A stretch of DNA of 63,944 nucleotides, filler included, from Rhabdomonas costata (GCA_019059605.1; 26 parts of 26 records of this genome joined end to end with filler, not necessarily neighbours in it), one strand, 5' to 3'; positions 24,986-36,155 are shown, numbered from the whole stretch's first letter. The notes: generated by a model not told the origin, from the sequence alone. Translations and numbers: made by a program.

Positions 24986-25525
24986 TCATGAACGAGCTCC
25001 ATCGGTGTACAAAGTAGATCCGCGCTTAATGTAGCGTTTACACATAAAGAGACGTTCCCACAGCTCAACCACCTTGACATTGTCGTGTAACCCCAATATG
25101 ATGACACCGATTGCCCTATCCACACACCCCCATTTATTACCCTTGACAAAAGGACTTGTGTCCGTGGACCACCTTCTGTTTTCTTCCCAACTCACACTCA
25201 TCTGCTTCAACAATGTGTCTTCGACCACCCATAAAAATGTTCTATGCATCAATTAAATTGGCAACACAGGTACGCAGGCGGGTACTCCGGTCATATACAG
25301 TATTCCAGTCCAAATGCAGCAGTTAATTCAAGTGCATACAGTCACGAGCCAAGTGGTAAAAAATCTGATCAATCTTTTGTGATTGCAGCCTACATTCAGC
25401 CAGATGGCCCAGCGCCTACAAGATTTGCAGAGCCAGTGCTGTTTACCACAATGGCTGCCCATTATTGAATCCAGAGGATCACCAAAAGAAGAACAGTTCT
25501 TGGAACTGGAGTTCTTGAAATCCAA
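24986..25525 (-). mobile_element. Decayed Merlin (IS1016/ISXO2-like DDE) DNA transposase pseudogene
   Basis: Read across frameshifts and stops: Zn-ribbon remnant WLCKSCR; LDWNTVYD..RLRTC; MGGRRHIVEADECELGRKQK (first D); WGCVDRAIG; YIKRGSTLYTDGARS (second D). The third acidic residue region is missing. Confidence 0.85.
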
Positions 25526-26323
25526 AATCTCTCAAAAAAAGCGGTGATCTTCCTCTACAGAAAAATGGAAACTAGATTGTCATTTAAAAACCTTATAAAA
25601 GCCTGTTAGGAGGACACAAAAAGAGCATCCTTACCCTAGGAAGGACCCCCCATGACCCCTCCTGTTTTCAGTACTTCTAACCACATGCGAGACCATTACA
25701 TTCTCCTCAAGAACGGTTGGTCCACAATTCCACATAGGCCATATAAATATTTGACTGTTCACTTTTTGTTTTTGTTTTTCGATACTGAGGCTGGGATTAT
25801 GGCAGAAAAGAATGATAAACAAGCAAACGCGCAACACCCCTTCCAGACCGCTCATTTGAGGACGCTTGGTGACATTAACGCCTTGATCGGCGCGAAATTA
25901 TCCGCATTGTACCATGGAGGCACTACTAATTCCACCTCATCCCTTCTTCGCAAACAGGCATGGTTCCTGCCATACTCTTGCCGATTGTCCCACTTGCCTC
26001 CAGTGTGCCACATGTCACCGGATGGCTTCTGGAATATAAGGCCTACACTGCCGGGACAACGTGCAACGGTTCTGTCAATGATCCCGCGGGTTTTGTTGCA
26101 GTATTTTCGTTGTTTGGTTCGTTCCCGGCGTCCTCTGCGAAGGCGCAAAACCAAAGCAAAACACCAACACATACTGAAGTGTAATAAATACTGCTGGAAT
26201 TCACAAAAAAGTAAGCAAGAGGAATAGAAAGCGCAAGCAAAGCCTGACGGCGCGGAAAGAAAGCCGGAAATTTTGCCCTGATGATTTTTGAAATGCTTCC
26301 AGACGTTTGGAAGTTATTTCCTG

Positions 26324-26402
26324 AATCAGAAAGTTACTTGATATCATTTATATTAATGCTAATGTAACATTGATATAAATGTTATCAAGTAACTTTCTGA
26401 TT
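26324..26402. repeat. AT-rich 35-bp-arm palindrome (hairpin)
   Basis: Arms 26324-26358 and 26368-26402 with 2 mismatches and a 9-nt loop. Confidence 0.92.
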
Positions 26403-27117
26403 AATATCCTTTCTCGCCTTTCAACGTTCTGGATACTCGACCATCACTGCTATCCTAGTTACTGTTCAAGTGGAGGTTGTGAAAAGTTTCAGTCAAAACA
26501 ATAACCTCCAGTTGTGTCCTATGAAATGGCAATAAGATCAAATGTAATAAACAGCTATTTTCACCACAGCTGAGCTCTTCATCATGCCAACATTTACTCA
26601 TTCATAAACGTAAACGTAAGTTGAAGTAAGGTAAACGTACCTAAACGTTAGTTTCCCGCCCCCAGGAGAAGGCAACAGGATGAAATGTACACAAAGTTTT
26701 CATTTTTACAACCACACTTTCTTGGTGAATGCAAATGGTAGGCGCACACCAATTTGAGAAAGGCGAAGTTATAGGAACGCAGCTCTACAGCGACTCACTA
26801 AAAGCTAAGAATTGAATCCACATTCCTGGTGCAAGTCACTTATGTAGGCAACCTTAGGATACCACATTGAGCAATAAATTTCTTGACAGAGTCAAACGCG
26901 AGAATGAACAAAATGAATAACCATCTCCACAGGTGATAAGGTTTACTCAATGGATGTGATTAAACAAAATGGATAATAGCAACCTTTTTAATTTCCATAA
27001 ATAAAACAACAACNNNNNNNNNNNNNNNNNNNNNNNNNNNNNNNNNNNNNNNNNNNNTTAATTAATTAANNNNNNNNNNNNNNNNNNNNNNNNNNNNNNN
27101 NNNNNNNNNNNNNGTGT

Positions 27118-27444
27118 TGGTTGTCCTAGTGCTACGAACATTTATTCCATTCCAAACAGCACGCGAGACTCAGATGCGAGCTGGTTAGAGTTAGACCGGG
27201 AAAAAGACTGGCGATTTCGCACCCTGAGATACGTTCACAGGACACAGAATACACGTCGAGGAGTGGAAGGGCTGACGGCCCGGGGGGGTTACATTTTTCG
27301 TCAGGTTGAGAAAATTCACCGGGGTTTAGGTCGAACGACAGAAAACGGCTGCGCTTTGGGCCTTGGTACAACTCTAACCAGCTCGCATCTGAGTCTCGCG
27401 TGCTGTTTGGAATGGAATAAATGTTCGTAGCACTAGGACAACCA
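27118..27444. repeat. Perfect 75-bp inverted repeat at contig start (fold-back artefact or MITE)
   Basis: 27118-27192 is the exact reverse complement of 27370-27444, with a 177-nt spacer. Confidence 0.93.
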
Positions 27445-27707
27445 CATGTAACCTAACCAATTGAAAAAAACCCCTGCTCTACTTCAGCCACTTCAGCCCA
27501 ACTACCACCACCCGTTTCTCGCAGTTTACAAGGTGTCGCTTCCAAAGAATATCCGTGTGGTGATGTTGAAATTAGCAGCGCTCCAATCTTTTTCACCGAT
27601 TTTTATTTTAACGTGACTTTTTAGGGGGCTTTGCTCTGCACAAATTCTAAATCACGTTTCCGCAGCGGAAGTTAAACGCCATTTAGTTTCAAATGCCGTA
27701 CTTCAAT

Positions 27708-29354
27708 TCACAAACCACACTTGGACAGCACCGACGAGTAGGCTCTCCCCTCTCCTTCCCACAGCCAGAAGGGCTTTCGCACCGCCATGTTTTGCAGGCA
27801 CTGCCGCCAAACTTCCTTGGGACTGCGGCGGATGTAGCAGAAGCCATTCAGAACAAGGCCTTGGGGCCGGACAACCCGGAGCATCTCCTTCAAGGCAAGG
27901 CACTGTAAGTTTTCCGGAAGGTGGTAGATCGCCTGGTGAAAGGAGTTTGCAAAGCTGCAAAGGGTTGGAGAGGAGCCGGGGCAGAACCATTCCGCAGTTG
28001 ACCGCCCCCCCCCCCGAAAATTGGTCAGCCGAGACACTGACACAGACTGCCTCGTCGGGGGGTGGGCAGAAGGGCACAGCAATTGCCTCGCAGACTGGAG
28101 GGGGGAAGTTGGTGAGTTGGCGCCTGCGCGGGCGGTTGTGCACGCTGCCCCTTTCCCCGAAGGCCCCGCCCACCTCGTAACCCGAACCAAGGCCCGACGT
28201 GCACTGGCAGCAGAACCCAGCTGGGCTGCATGAATCCGTAGATCGAGGACCATTCGTGAGGACCAACAAGCAAGGGAATGGAAACCAATTGTGTCTGTAT
28301 AACATTCTGCTGCGGATAAGTTCGACCGCACTTATCGGTAAAGATCAGAATTGCTTCTAGGGGGAACGTGAAGAACCAACTGAACGAAGAACCAAACCAA
28401 ACAAGACAAAAAGGCACCACGTACCCCATATGACAGAGCATGCTGAAAAGTCGCTGTCGGAATCCACGTGAGGTTTGTGCCGTCTCCGGCGCAGAACCGG
28501 AGAAGGCCAGAACGGGCCTATTGCGCGATACGGTACTCTCGCATAAAGATGTCACAGGGCAGGACCACGCTACAGAACGTTGCAGCTGCTGGTTGCACAC
28601 AACAACAAGACACCATTATCTGGGGCGTTGGATTCGTGAAAGTGGAAAAGATGAAAGAGAGAGATACCAGTGAAACATTGTTCGCATGGTTGACTGCTAT
28701 CGAGGATATGTCGATCCCAAGACCGCAGGCACCGGTCAGAGCATGCAGACCCTGAAGTTTGTGGCCGCAACCTGGGCACAGTGCAGAAACAGAAGGAAGA
28801 GGAACTGCACTCTATAAAAGCAGCTCTTCCTCACCAATTGGCAAGCTAGATGGGTAAAGGAGGAATTCAAGAGTGGGCTTTTGGTCAGACTCCAGGAAGA
28901 AACGGGGGTTCTGAGCTTCTCTTTGAAACAAGTTGTGTTTGCACGCATGATAGGGGAAGTAAAGGGGAAGCAAAAGACAACCTGAGCCCCAGTCAAAAAT
29001 GAGCTGTCCAGGTTTCGGTTGGAACAGTTCGGCGAGCACCTTCACAATCTTGAAGTGGTCAGCGAGTGTGTACTTGGTCCACAACCCTGACCCCTCACAT
29101 AACCCGCTGTCAGCTCGCCTGTCATAGACCCTTGCTTCCTTCTGCAGCGAACCAGACAGCGGCGAGAACTCGGGACACTTCAGTGTGCTCAGCAAGTGCT
29201 TCGAGCGAGCCGTGTCCGAATCGACAGCGTCGTTGCTTGTCACCATTCCCGTGCCACCAAGAAGCAAAAGAAGGCTCAGCCATCCTCCATGGAAAAAACT
29301 CAGATGCAGGCGGCAGCTCAACCAACCTTTTTCCAGGTTGGAACGAAACGCCAT
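27708..29354 (-). CDS. Class I SAM-dependent methyltransferase with N-terminal hydrophobic anchor, 4 exons
   Basis: Exons 29354-28982, 28771-28668, 28517-28425 and 27932-~27708 (GT-AG, in phase) give IFDWGS|GCG (motif I), GLGIDIS (motif II), FCAGDG, and HALSYG|AIYHL...LKEMLRVVRPQG. Confidence 0.85.
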
Positions 29355-29999
29355 CAGGGAGACTACCAGCGAGCGCAAAGAAAGTCAAAACCTTCAGCTT
29401 CAAAAGGCTGCCACGGAAAACTAAAAGACAACTAAAAGTCCTGCTCACACAAAGCTTGGACCCAAACCACCCAACANNNNNNNNNNNNNNNNNNNNNNNN
29501 NNNNNNNNNNNNNNNNNNNNTTAATTAATTAANNNNNNNNNNNNNNNNNNNNNNNNNNNNNNNNNNNNNNNNNNNNTATGTTGGGTGTGTTGTGTGTATG
29601 TTGGGGAGAGAGATCATCGTTGCCCCACCTCCTGGTTGTTGGCGGCGGAGCATTCGCCTCATCCTGCACCGGGTCTCAGCACGATGGCGACTCCCCCTGG
29701 GGGCATGGCTACAGGAGCGGGGCTGCTGCCTTGGGCGGGGGCACGGCGCACGCCCAGCAATGGGCGGCCGAGTTGTGAGCACCGCCACAGACTTGACGGG
29801 AGTGCTCGTGACTCATCTCTATTTGAATGACTACACTTTCACTGCATTGCTCACTCCCCGAATTGAGCAGGTTCCATTGGAAAAACCAAAACCTTTCTGA
29901 TTCAAACCACCGAGAAAAACATCAAATTGCGCAGAACAGACGAAATGTCGGGAGCGCGCAGGCACGGACGCAAACACACATGAAGAGGCATGACCATAC

Positions 30000-31891
30000 T
30001 TAGACGTCGCAGAGGTGGTCTTGAGATTCTCTGCAAGCCATCCACGAACCACCTGCCGCTCCATTGAAACCGACTCGCAAAGGCTGTCAGCAACAGCACC
30101 AGAATTTGGCATGAGCGTGGGTGCGGAAAGGCGCAGGAAGGGGTGCTCCCGCAGAAGCGCCGCCGCCGTGGGACGAGAATTGGGGTCCTGCGCCATGCAC
30201 TGCGAGACAAGCGCCATGCAGCTTGGGCTGGGACAGGGCGCGCGATAGGGCCGCCGCGGCCCGCGGGCTTGGGGTGGGCCGAACTTTCCCAGGACCTCCA
30301 CGAGAGCTCCCCACTGCACGACTGCGAGGTCCTGCCCGATCAGGCTGAAGATCCCCCCCCCACAGAAACCAGATGCAGAGCCACGGAAAACGCACCGAAA
30401 AGACCAAAGAGAATCCCAGGACTGGATGACAGGAACCCTGTGCGGGACAAGGATGGACAACCAAAAAGGACATTGCCGCTAGATGCAGCTTTCAATTCCG
30501 CACGTTGGGGACCTGACTCATGCACCACACGCATGAGTGAGCAGAGTGAAATCGCAAGCAGAGCGTTTCGCGTGTCACATTGTGGGGCACTGGTAACAAA
30601 AAACCTCAATGCTCGACTCTAAAAAAAGGCTTCTCTTTGACGGTTGATAGGGAGTTGCTCCAGAAAAAAAGGCAGCCTGAGTTCCAGTTTAAAAGTGGGA
30701 CAACCGCTCGTCAAGAGGAAGGGGGGAGGATGGGGAACGACAACATACGCTTCCAGGTCGAACATGTTCAGCGGCGCTTCCAAGGGGTTGCTCTCTGCCT
30801 CCGCCGACAGCACGACGTCCTCCGGGACCAGTGGGAACACCCCCAGGGCACACTCCTTTGCAGTGTTGAAGCATAGCGGGCTTGAGTTCACGAAACGTAC
30901 CACGCACCATGCAAGAGCGACGCATGGTGTCAGTGCAGATGTTGCGCAGAGGAAAGTAACCTTTCTGCGATGGGGCGACGATCCCGTCCAAGCCAACTTA
31001 AAATAAAACAGGGCTGCAAGTGGATGCAATACCTGGACACCAAAAGGCGGACAGGCAAGAAGAAAACCGCTCTGGAGGTCACGGTTACCTGACAATCAAG
31101 GCCACGTCTAAAGTCAGTGCAGATGAGAATTAACCGCAAACTCACAAACCTACTCCCTTACACACTGGGTCAATCAATGCAGCGTCACCCTCACCACTCC
31201 TTCCAGGAGTGTGCCTCCCCCCAGTTCTTCGTGCCACCTTCCGGCCTTTCATCATTTCTTGTTCCTTGTGTGTTTGCGAATTGCCGTTTGCACGTGGGTC
31301 TTTCACTGAACAGTGGTGACACTGTACCATGCATTGTTTTTGCTATAAAAAAAAACTCAAGAAACTCCAACAAAATGAGAAAAAAGAAAGCTGCAAAAAA
31401 GCAACGTCACACGGACCGCACACGTCAGCCCTAAACCCCAGATGTCTGCTGACGCCCCGTACGCCTGTCCTCGGATCCGCTCAGGGCTCATGTAGCTCGT
31501 CGACCCCACCCACGCCCTCTCCGCCGCTGCCGCCGCGAAAACCACAGGACTGCCCACTGTACTCACCCCACCGGTGGGGGTGCCCGCAGAAGTGGAGATC
31601 CCGAAGTCCGCGATCTTCACCGCACCACTGCGGCTAACCAGGAGGTTCGATGGCTTTACGTCGCGGTGAAGGATGCCATGTTGGTGAAGGTGGGCCAGCC
31701 CACTGCAGACCTGAATCACAAGAAAAAAGCATGAGCCGATGCCAAACGTATCCCCAAAAACGAGCAATTCTCAAGGGAAGGGTTTCCGCGCAGACCTGCC
31801 TCATTAGCATCCCCAGTACCTCCATGGGGAACGGCCCGAAGTTCCGCAGCAGGGCGGCCACCGTGCCGGCGTTCATGTACTCCATCAAAAT
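30000..31891 (-). CDS. MAP kinase kinase (STE7-like), partial, 4 exons
   Basis: Exons 31891-31796, 31710-31417, 30855-30749 and 30344-30000 give MEYMNAG, HRDVKPSNLL, VKIADFG, VGSTSYMSPERI, DIWGLGLTCA|ECALGVFP and RPTAAALLREHPF. Confidence 0.9.
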
Positions 31892-32111
31892 CTATTCCAA
31901 ACGCATCGGGATCACAAGATGGTGGAACGCCACAAAAAANNNNNNNNNNNNNNNNNNNNNNNNNNNNNNNNNNNNNNNNNNNNTTAATTAATTAANNNNN
32001 NNNNNNNNNNNNNNNNNNNNNNNNNNNNNNNNNNNNNNNCGGGCGCCACCATTGTAAACGCAGTTGCACCCTCCTGGCTGCCTGTTTTCTTGACTTTGTC
32101 TTTCCGGCTTA

Positions 32112-32323
32112 TGCGTGTATTCTCCCCGTGCGTTGCTGTGGTGGTCTGTGGCCTTTTCACGCCACCCGCGCCTTGACGCGAGATCTTTTTTGCCCCCTCC
32201 AAGCACCCCCTCTTCTGCCCTTCCCTGAGCCTCCGTGCGCCTGTTTCCTTCGTCTGCACGCGCGCCTCTCCTAGAAGCCTCCCCCTCATAGATTCGGCCC
32301 TTTTGTGCTTCTGTGCTTCTGCT
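32112..32323. repeat. Dispersed repeat family member, copy 2
   Basis: Homologous to 24681-24916 in the same orientation, visibly diverged with indels. Confidence 0.85.
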
Positions 32324-33712
32324 CCTGCGGATTGCTTTTTTGTTTCAACATTTTTGTGCGTTATTTTGGCCCGTGGGCCTGGGATCGTGCAAACTACTCA
32401 ATTGGTTCTCCAAACATTATTGGTGTGGGAGGATAACGGTAAGACTAAGCAACGAGCACGTAACGCAACCCCTAAAAGCACTGTGTTATAGTGGTGGTGG
32501 TGGTTTATGGTCTTTTTGGTTCCATAAAAGCGCGTTTGGTGGCGGGCGACCTGCCGCAGGCCGGCGGGATTGTCACCCGAGTGATGGGGATAATTAATTA
32601 AACCCAGGTAAGTGGGGAAGTCCTTAGTGGTGGTGTGATCGATATCCGGTAGGAATCCTCAGGGCTGAGGCCATGCGGTGGTTAAGGGCTAACGTTCCGC
32701 ACCGGTGAAGTCAATTGCCTCTGTTGGCGGGTTTGAAACCTCATTCTACTATCTTTTTTCGTGAACACAACCGTAAGGCTCGGCAAACCTCGTCCCAACC
32801 GCGGCCCATTCGCTACGGGTACGCAGGGTGACGCTCCAACGAAGCCTCAGGAACGACGCGGCGCACGCCCCGCGCAACGGTCGTAATCCCACAACCCCCG
32901 TGCCTCACTCGCGGCGCTTGCGTGTCATGGGTGATGCTTTTTTCCGCTACGCTCGTTGCGGCTAGCGCACGTGCCCCGGGCGCCCGAGTGGAAGCCGCCC
33001 CGGCGCAAGCAACAGAAACAACACGACAGCACAACAAAACCGAAACAAGGTACTGAGACAAACTTCCAGTCGAGCAACATGGTACACACACAAACGGGAA
33101 GGCAATTTTGGCCTTTGACAGTTGCTGTAGGGGACAAAATCAAAGCATAGTAGACAGCGGTAATGGTACATCCGCCAGCCCGGAGTCAAGCGCAAGATGA
33201 AGGGCCGCGGTATTTTATTCCAGCCGTTCGACTGTGATGGATTTCCTGTTTCCTGTATCACCCATCTTGGAGGTGCGCGTATTAAATTGCAAAGGTGAAA
33301 AAAAAACAGCCACAGGGTTGCCCACTTGTGAGCGGCACAAGAACCGAACACTGCCGACTGAACAAGTAAATTCTCTTCAGTGTCTTTCCTCAGCGCAACG
33401 CACTAGCGGCCGCCAGAAAGAAGGTTGCATGAGGCAATTGAACTGCAAAATGAAACCACACCAGTAAGTAAGTTCAAGCGTGGACGTCGTCGACGGGAGA
33501 AAACCCGTGGGCGCTGTCAAATAACAAATGCCAAGGAAAGACGGAGCACTAAGTAATTGTGATATTAAGGCTCAGTTTCCTATTGAGAGGCAACAAGTAT
33601 CCAAGTATCCGAGCATTGGAAACGTCACATTGTTACGGCGTTTCAAGCCAACCACCATCCGAAAATAAAAAAACGCAAACCAGAGAAACACAGGTAGAAA
33701 ACAGGTTGGTGC

Positions 33713-34171
33713 TCAATCTGCTGGGTTGGCATAACAGTACACGCAACCGTGAGGGCACCGCCAGCTGTACTCCCCAACATCTCTGGACTCAGTGCAATTG
33801 CACTGTTTCCGCTGGCCGTTGTCCTTTTTGAAGGACACGGCGAGCGGTGGGGCTTTCGTTCCTCTTTCATTCTCCTGCACAACACGGCACATCATCGCGC
33901 CATTCACACAGGCTCCCGCGCCAACCACACCTCCTAAACGACCTTCGTACCCAACCCACTGGGAATCTGAACAGACCAGCAGAGTGATGCCCCGAGCGTG
34001 GGCTTGTCCTAGCAGCCGATCCAAAACCTCTTTGCGCTGCTCCACAGACAGAGAAAATAGACTCAGGCCCCTTCTGTTGAACCGTTGCGCCACTCTTGTG
34101 TAGGTAGGTGAACCAATGCAAAAACTAAATGTCACCTCCCGGATGCCAGCATGTTGAGCAGCGTCCAACTG
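33713..34171 (-). CDS. DUF1848-family protein, C-terminal half (Cys-rich, radical-SAM-like CxxxCxYC)
   Basis: EVTFSF...GITLLVCS...GACVNG...KDNGQRKQCNCTESRDVGEY..CPHGCVYCYANP*. Intronless. Confidence 0.85.
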   Translation of the reverse strand, partial: QLDAAQHAGIREVTFSFCIGSPTYTRVAQRFNRRGLSLFSLSVEQRKEVLDRLLGQAHARGITLLVCSDSQWVGYEGRLGGVVGAGACVNGAMMCRVVQENERGTKAPPLAVSFKKDNGQRKQCNCTESRDVGEYSWRCPHGCVYCYANPAD

Positions 34172-34185
34172 AGCGCACCGTCCGG

Positions 34186-34403
34186 ATGCAGGAGCTGTTC
34201 AGGGCCTCGCGGCTCTTTTTCCAGTTTACGATCAACTCAGAATGCGTGGATCTAGAGCCACGTGTGGCACCTTTAAAGGAGCGGCTTTGCCAGCTCCGTC
34301 AGCTGGTCGACCTCTTTGGGGCCTCCCATGTTCTGCTTCGGTTTGATCCGATTGTTCACTACATCAACCAAGCTGGCTGTCGCACGGATAATCTCACGGA
34401 CTT
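34186..34403 (+). CDS. DUF1848-family protein, preceding (N-proximal) segment, inverted relative to its C-terminal half
   Basis: FFQFTINS...LEPRVAP...LVDLFG...VLLRFDPIV matches the DUF1848 YFQFT/LEP.VP/WRYDPI motifs. Runs into the spacer. Confidence 0.8.
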
Positions 34404-35501
34404 NNNNNNNNNNNNNNNNNNNNNNNNNNNNNNNNNNNNNNNNNNNNTTAATTAATTAANNNNNNNNNNNNNNNNNNNNNNNNNNNNNNNNNNNNNNNNN
34501 NNNTTTTTTGTGGCATTCGACCGATACTTGCCCGCTAGCTCTTCTGAAAGTACGCGATCAATATAACATGCCCTTTAGAGGGAGAGACTCGGTCATGATT
34601 CTCTTTTTCAGAGCAGGCAGCCTTCGCGGGCGATGGCCATTTGCTCTCCAAATGGCGAAGTTTATTCTGTTCTGTGTTTTTGTTTATTTCTCTCAGGCGC
34701 ATTTAACGTTGTTTCCTACTACTGCGTGCACATTTGTGCCCTCGTAATGGTGATCAAAATAACTGGGGTCTAGGGAATCATAAAAGTGTCCTCTGGGACC
34801 TCTTGAGATTATAAGGATTAAGAAGGCGACAGATTTGTCCCTAGGACTTTTAACGAGAGAAGGGGGTTAGGAAGCGATACACCTCTACCACATTTGCATT
34901 GTCATCGTCCCTGATTATAACGTCTCACTCAGGGCATACACGTTATCAGGTGTACAGACAAGTGACGATAAATGCGGGTCTCAATAATGGGTCCTTGTGC
35001 GCATGTCCGTTCCTGTGGGTTCCTGTGGGATTTCACCCATACCGGATCTTCCCCCTCCACCCCTCCTGAGAGTCCGGATTTTGTGCGCGGTCGTTTTTCG
35101 TTATTCCCACAGTGGATTTACCTTGAGTACATAACACATCAGCATAGGGATGCGTGAGGTTCGGATTAGCGTGAACGAGCGGGAGAGCAATTGTTTTGGA
35201 ACCTGCGTCGCGGAGGGGTGACCATGTTTGCGGGGGGAGGGCTCTGACAAATAAATTTTTCCCGCTGGTAAACTTTCGAAACGTTCTGGTAAACGTTCAT
35301 CCCCACCTTCAGTTGAATGTGAAATTATTCGAAAAAAGGCTCCGCGACACCGCGCAACTCCACATCGTGTCCTTGCAACAGCAATGTGCCCGAAACCAGC
35401 GGCCAATCGGCGCTGCCGCAAATCGTAGTCATAAGAAATATTTTCCTTGCCTCTTCAGCTACAATGCCCCTTTTTGACAGTGTCCCTGGTTTGCCTCGCA
35501 G

Positions 35502-36155
35502 GGATATCAAACCGGACAACCTCCTGCTCAGCCACCCTGACCCAGCGCTTGCTCTCCTGAAGCTGACTGACTTTGACTTTGCTCGGACTCTGGAGTGCAT
35601 GTCACTGGCACAGACCGAGTGCGGGTGTGGTGCGGGGAGCAGAGGCCCCTTCCGCACATTTGCCGTACACACACACACAAATTGAGAGGCTCTTCTTTTC
35701 AAACAACCGTAGATTGCTGACCAGAGTGCATTCTGTGTGTTTCTCTGATGGGATTCTTGTCTTGACTATCAGTTGCCTGAAATACGTAGCTGAGGTTGTC
35801 TGACCTGTTCTTTTGCAGAACGAGGCTGTACGGGGCTCCCGAGATCTTCGACAAGGGGGACTACACCTCAAACGTTGATCTCTGGTCCGCAGGTACCTGG
35901 TCTTCCTTCCCAGGCATCCACTTGTCCGCGTTGTATGTTGACCTCCGGTCAACTGTAGATTGCATTTTTGTCGTCCTTTTGACTCTTTGCTGTGCTGGGT
36001 GTTCAACGTTTTGGGTGGCCATCGATGGATTGTGGAGAGAAAAAAGAATAGGTGGCTGCACTCTCGCACAGGTATCGTGCTGTACGAGATGGTGTTTGGC
36101 AAGCTTCCCTTTACGGGTGCGTCACGGCGTGAGCTGCAGGAGAACATCAAGAAAG
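35502..36155 (+). CDS. Ser/Thr protein kinase, ULK/ATG1-like, internal fragment, 3 exons
   Basis: Exons 35502-35624, 35819-35892 and 36072-36155 give DIKPDNLLL..LKLTDFDFAR..AQTECG|TRLYGAPEI..DLWSA|GIVLYEMVFGKLPF. Confidence 0.85.

Noticed and set aside
25240..25330. In-frame TAA/TAG in the Merlin frame as evidence of stop-codon reassignment
   Set aside because: The same element has frameshifts and is a pseudogene. Intact host exons contain no in-frame stops.
27118..27444. Terminal 75-bp inverted repeat as a confirmed MITE
   Set aside because: Perfect identity, location at the contig edge, a G/T primer-like end and no visible TSD all favour a fold-back artefact. Kept only as a repeat.
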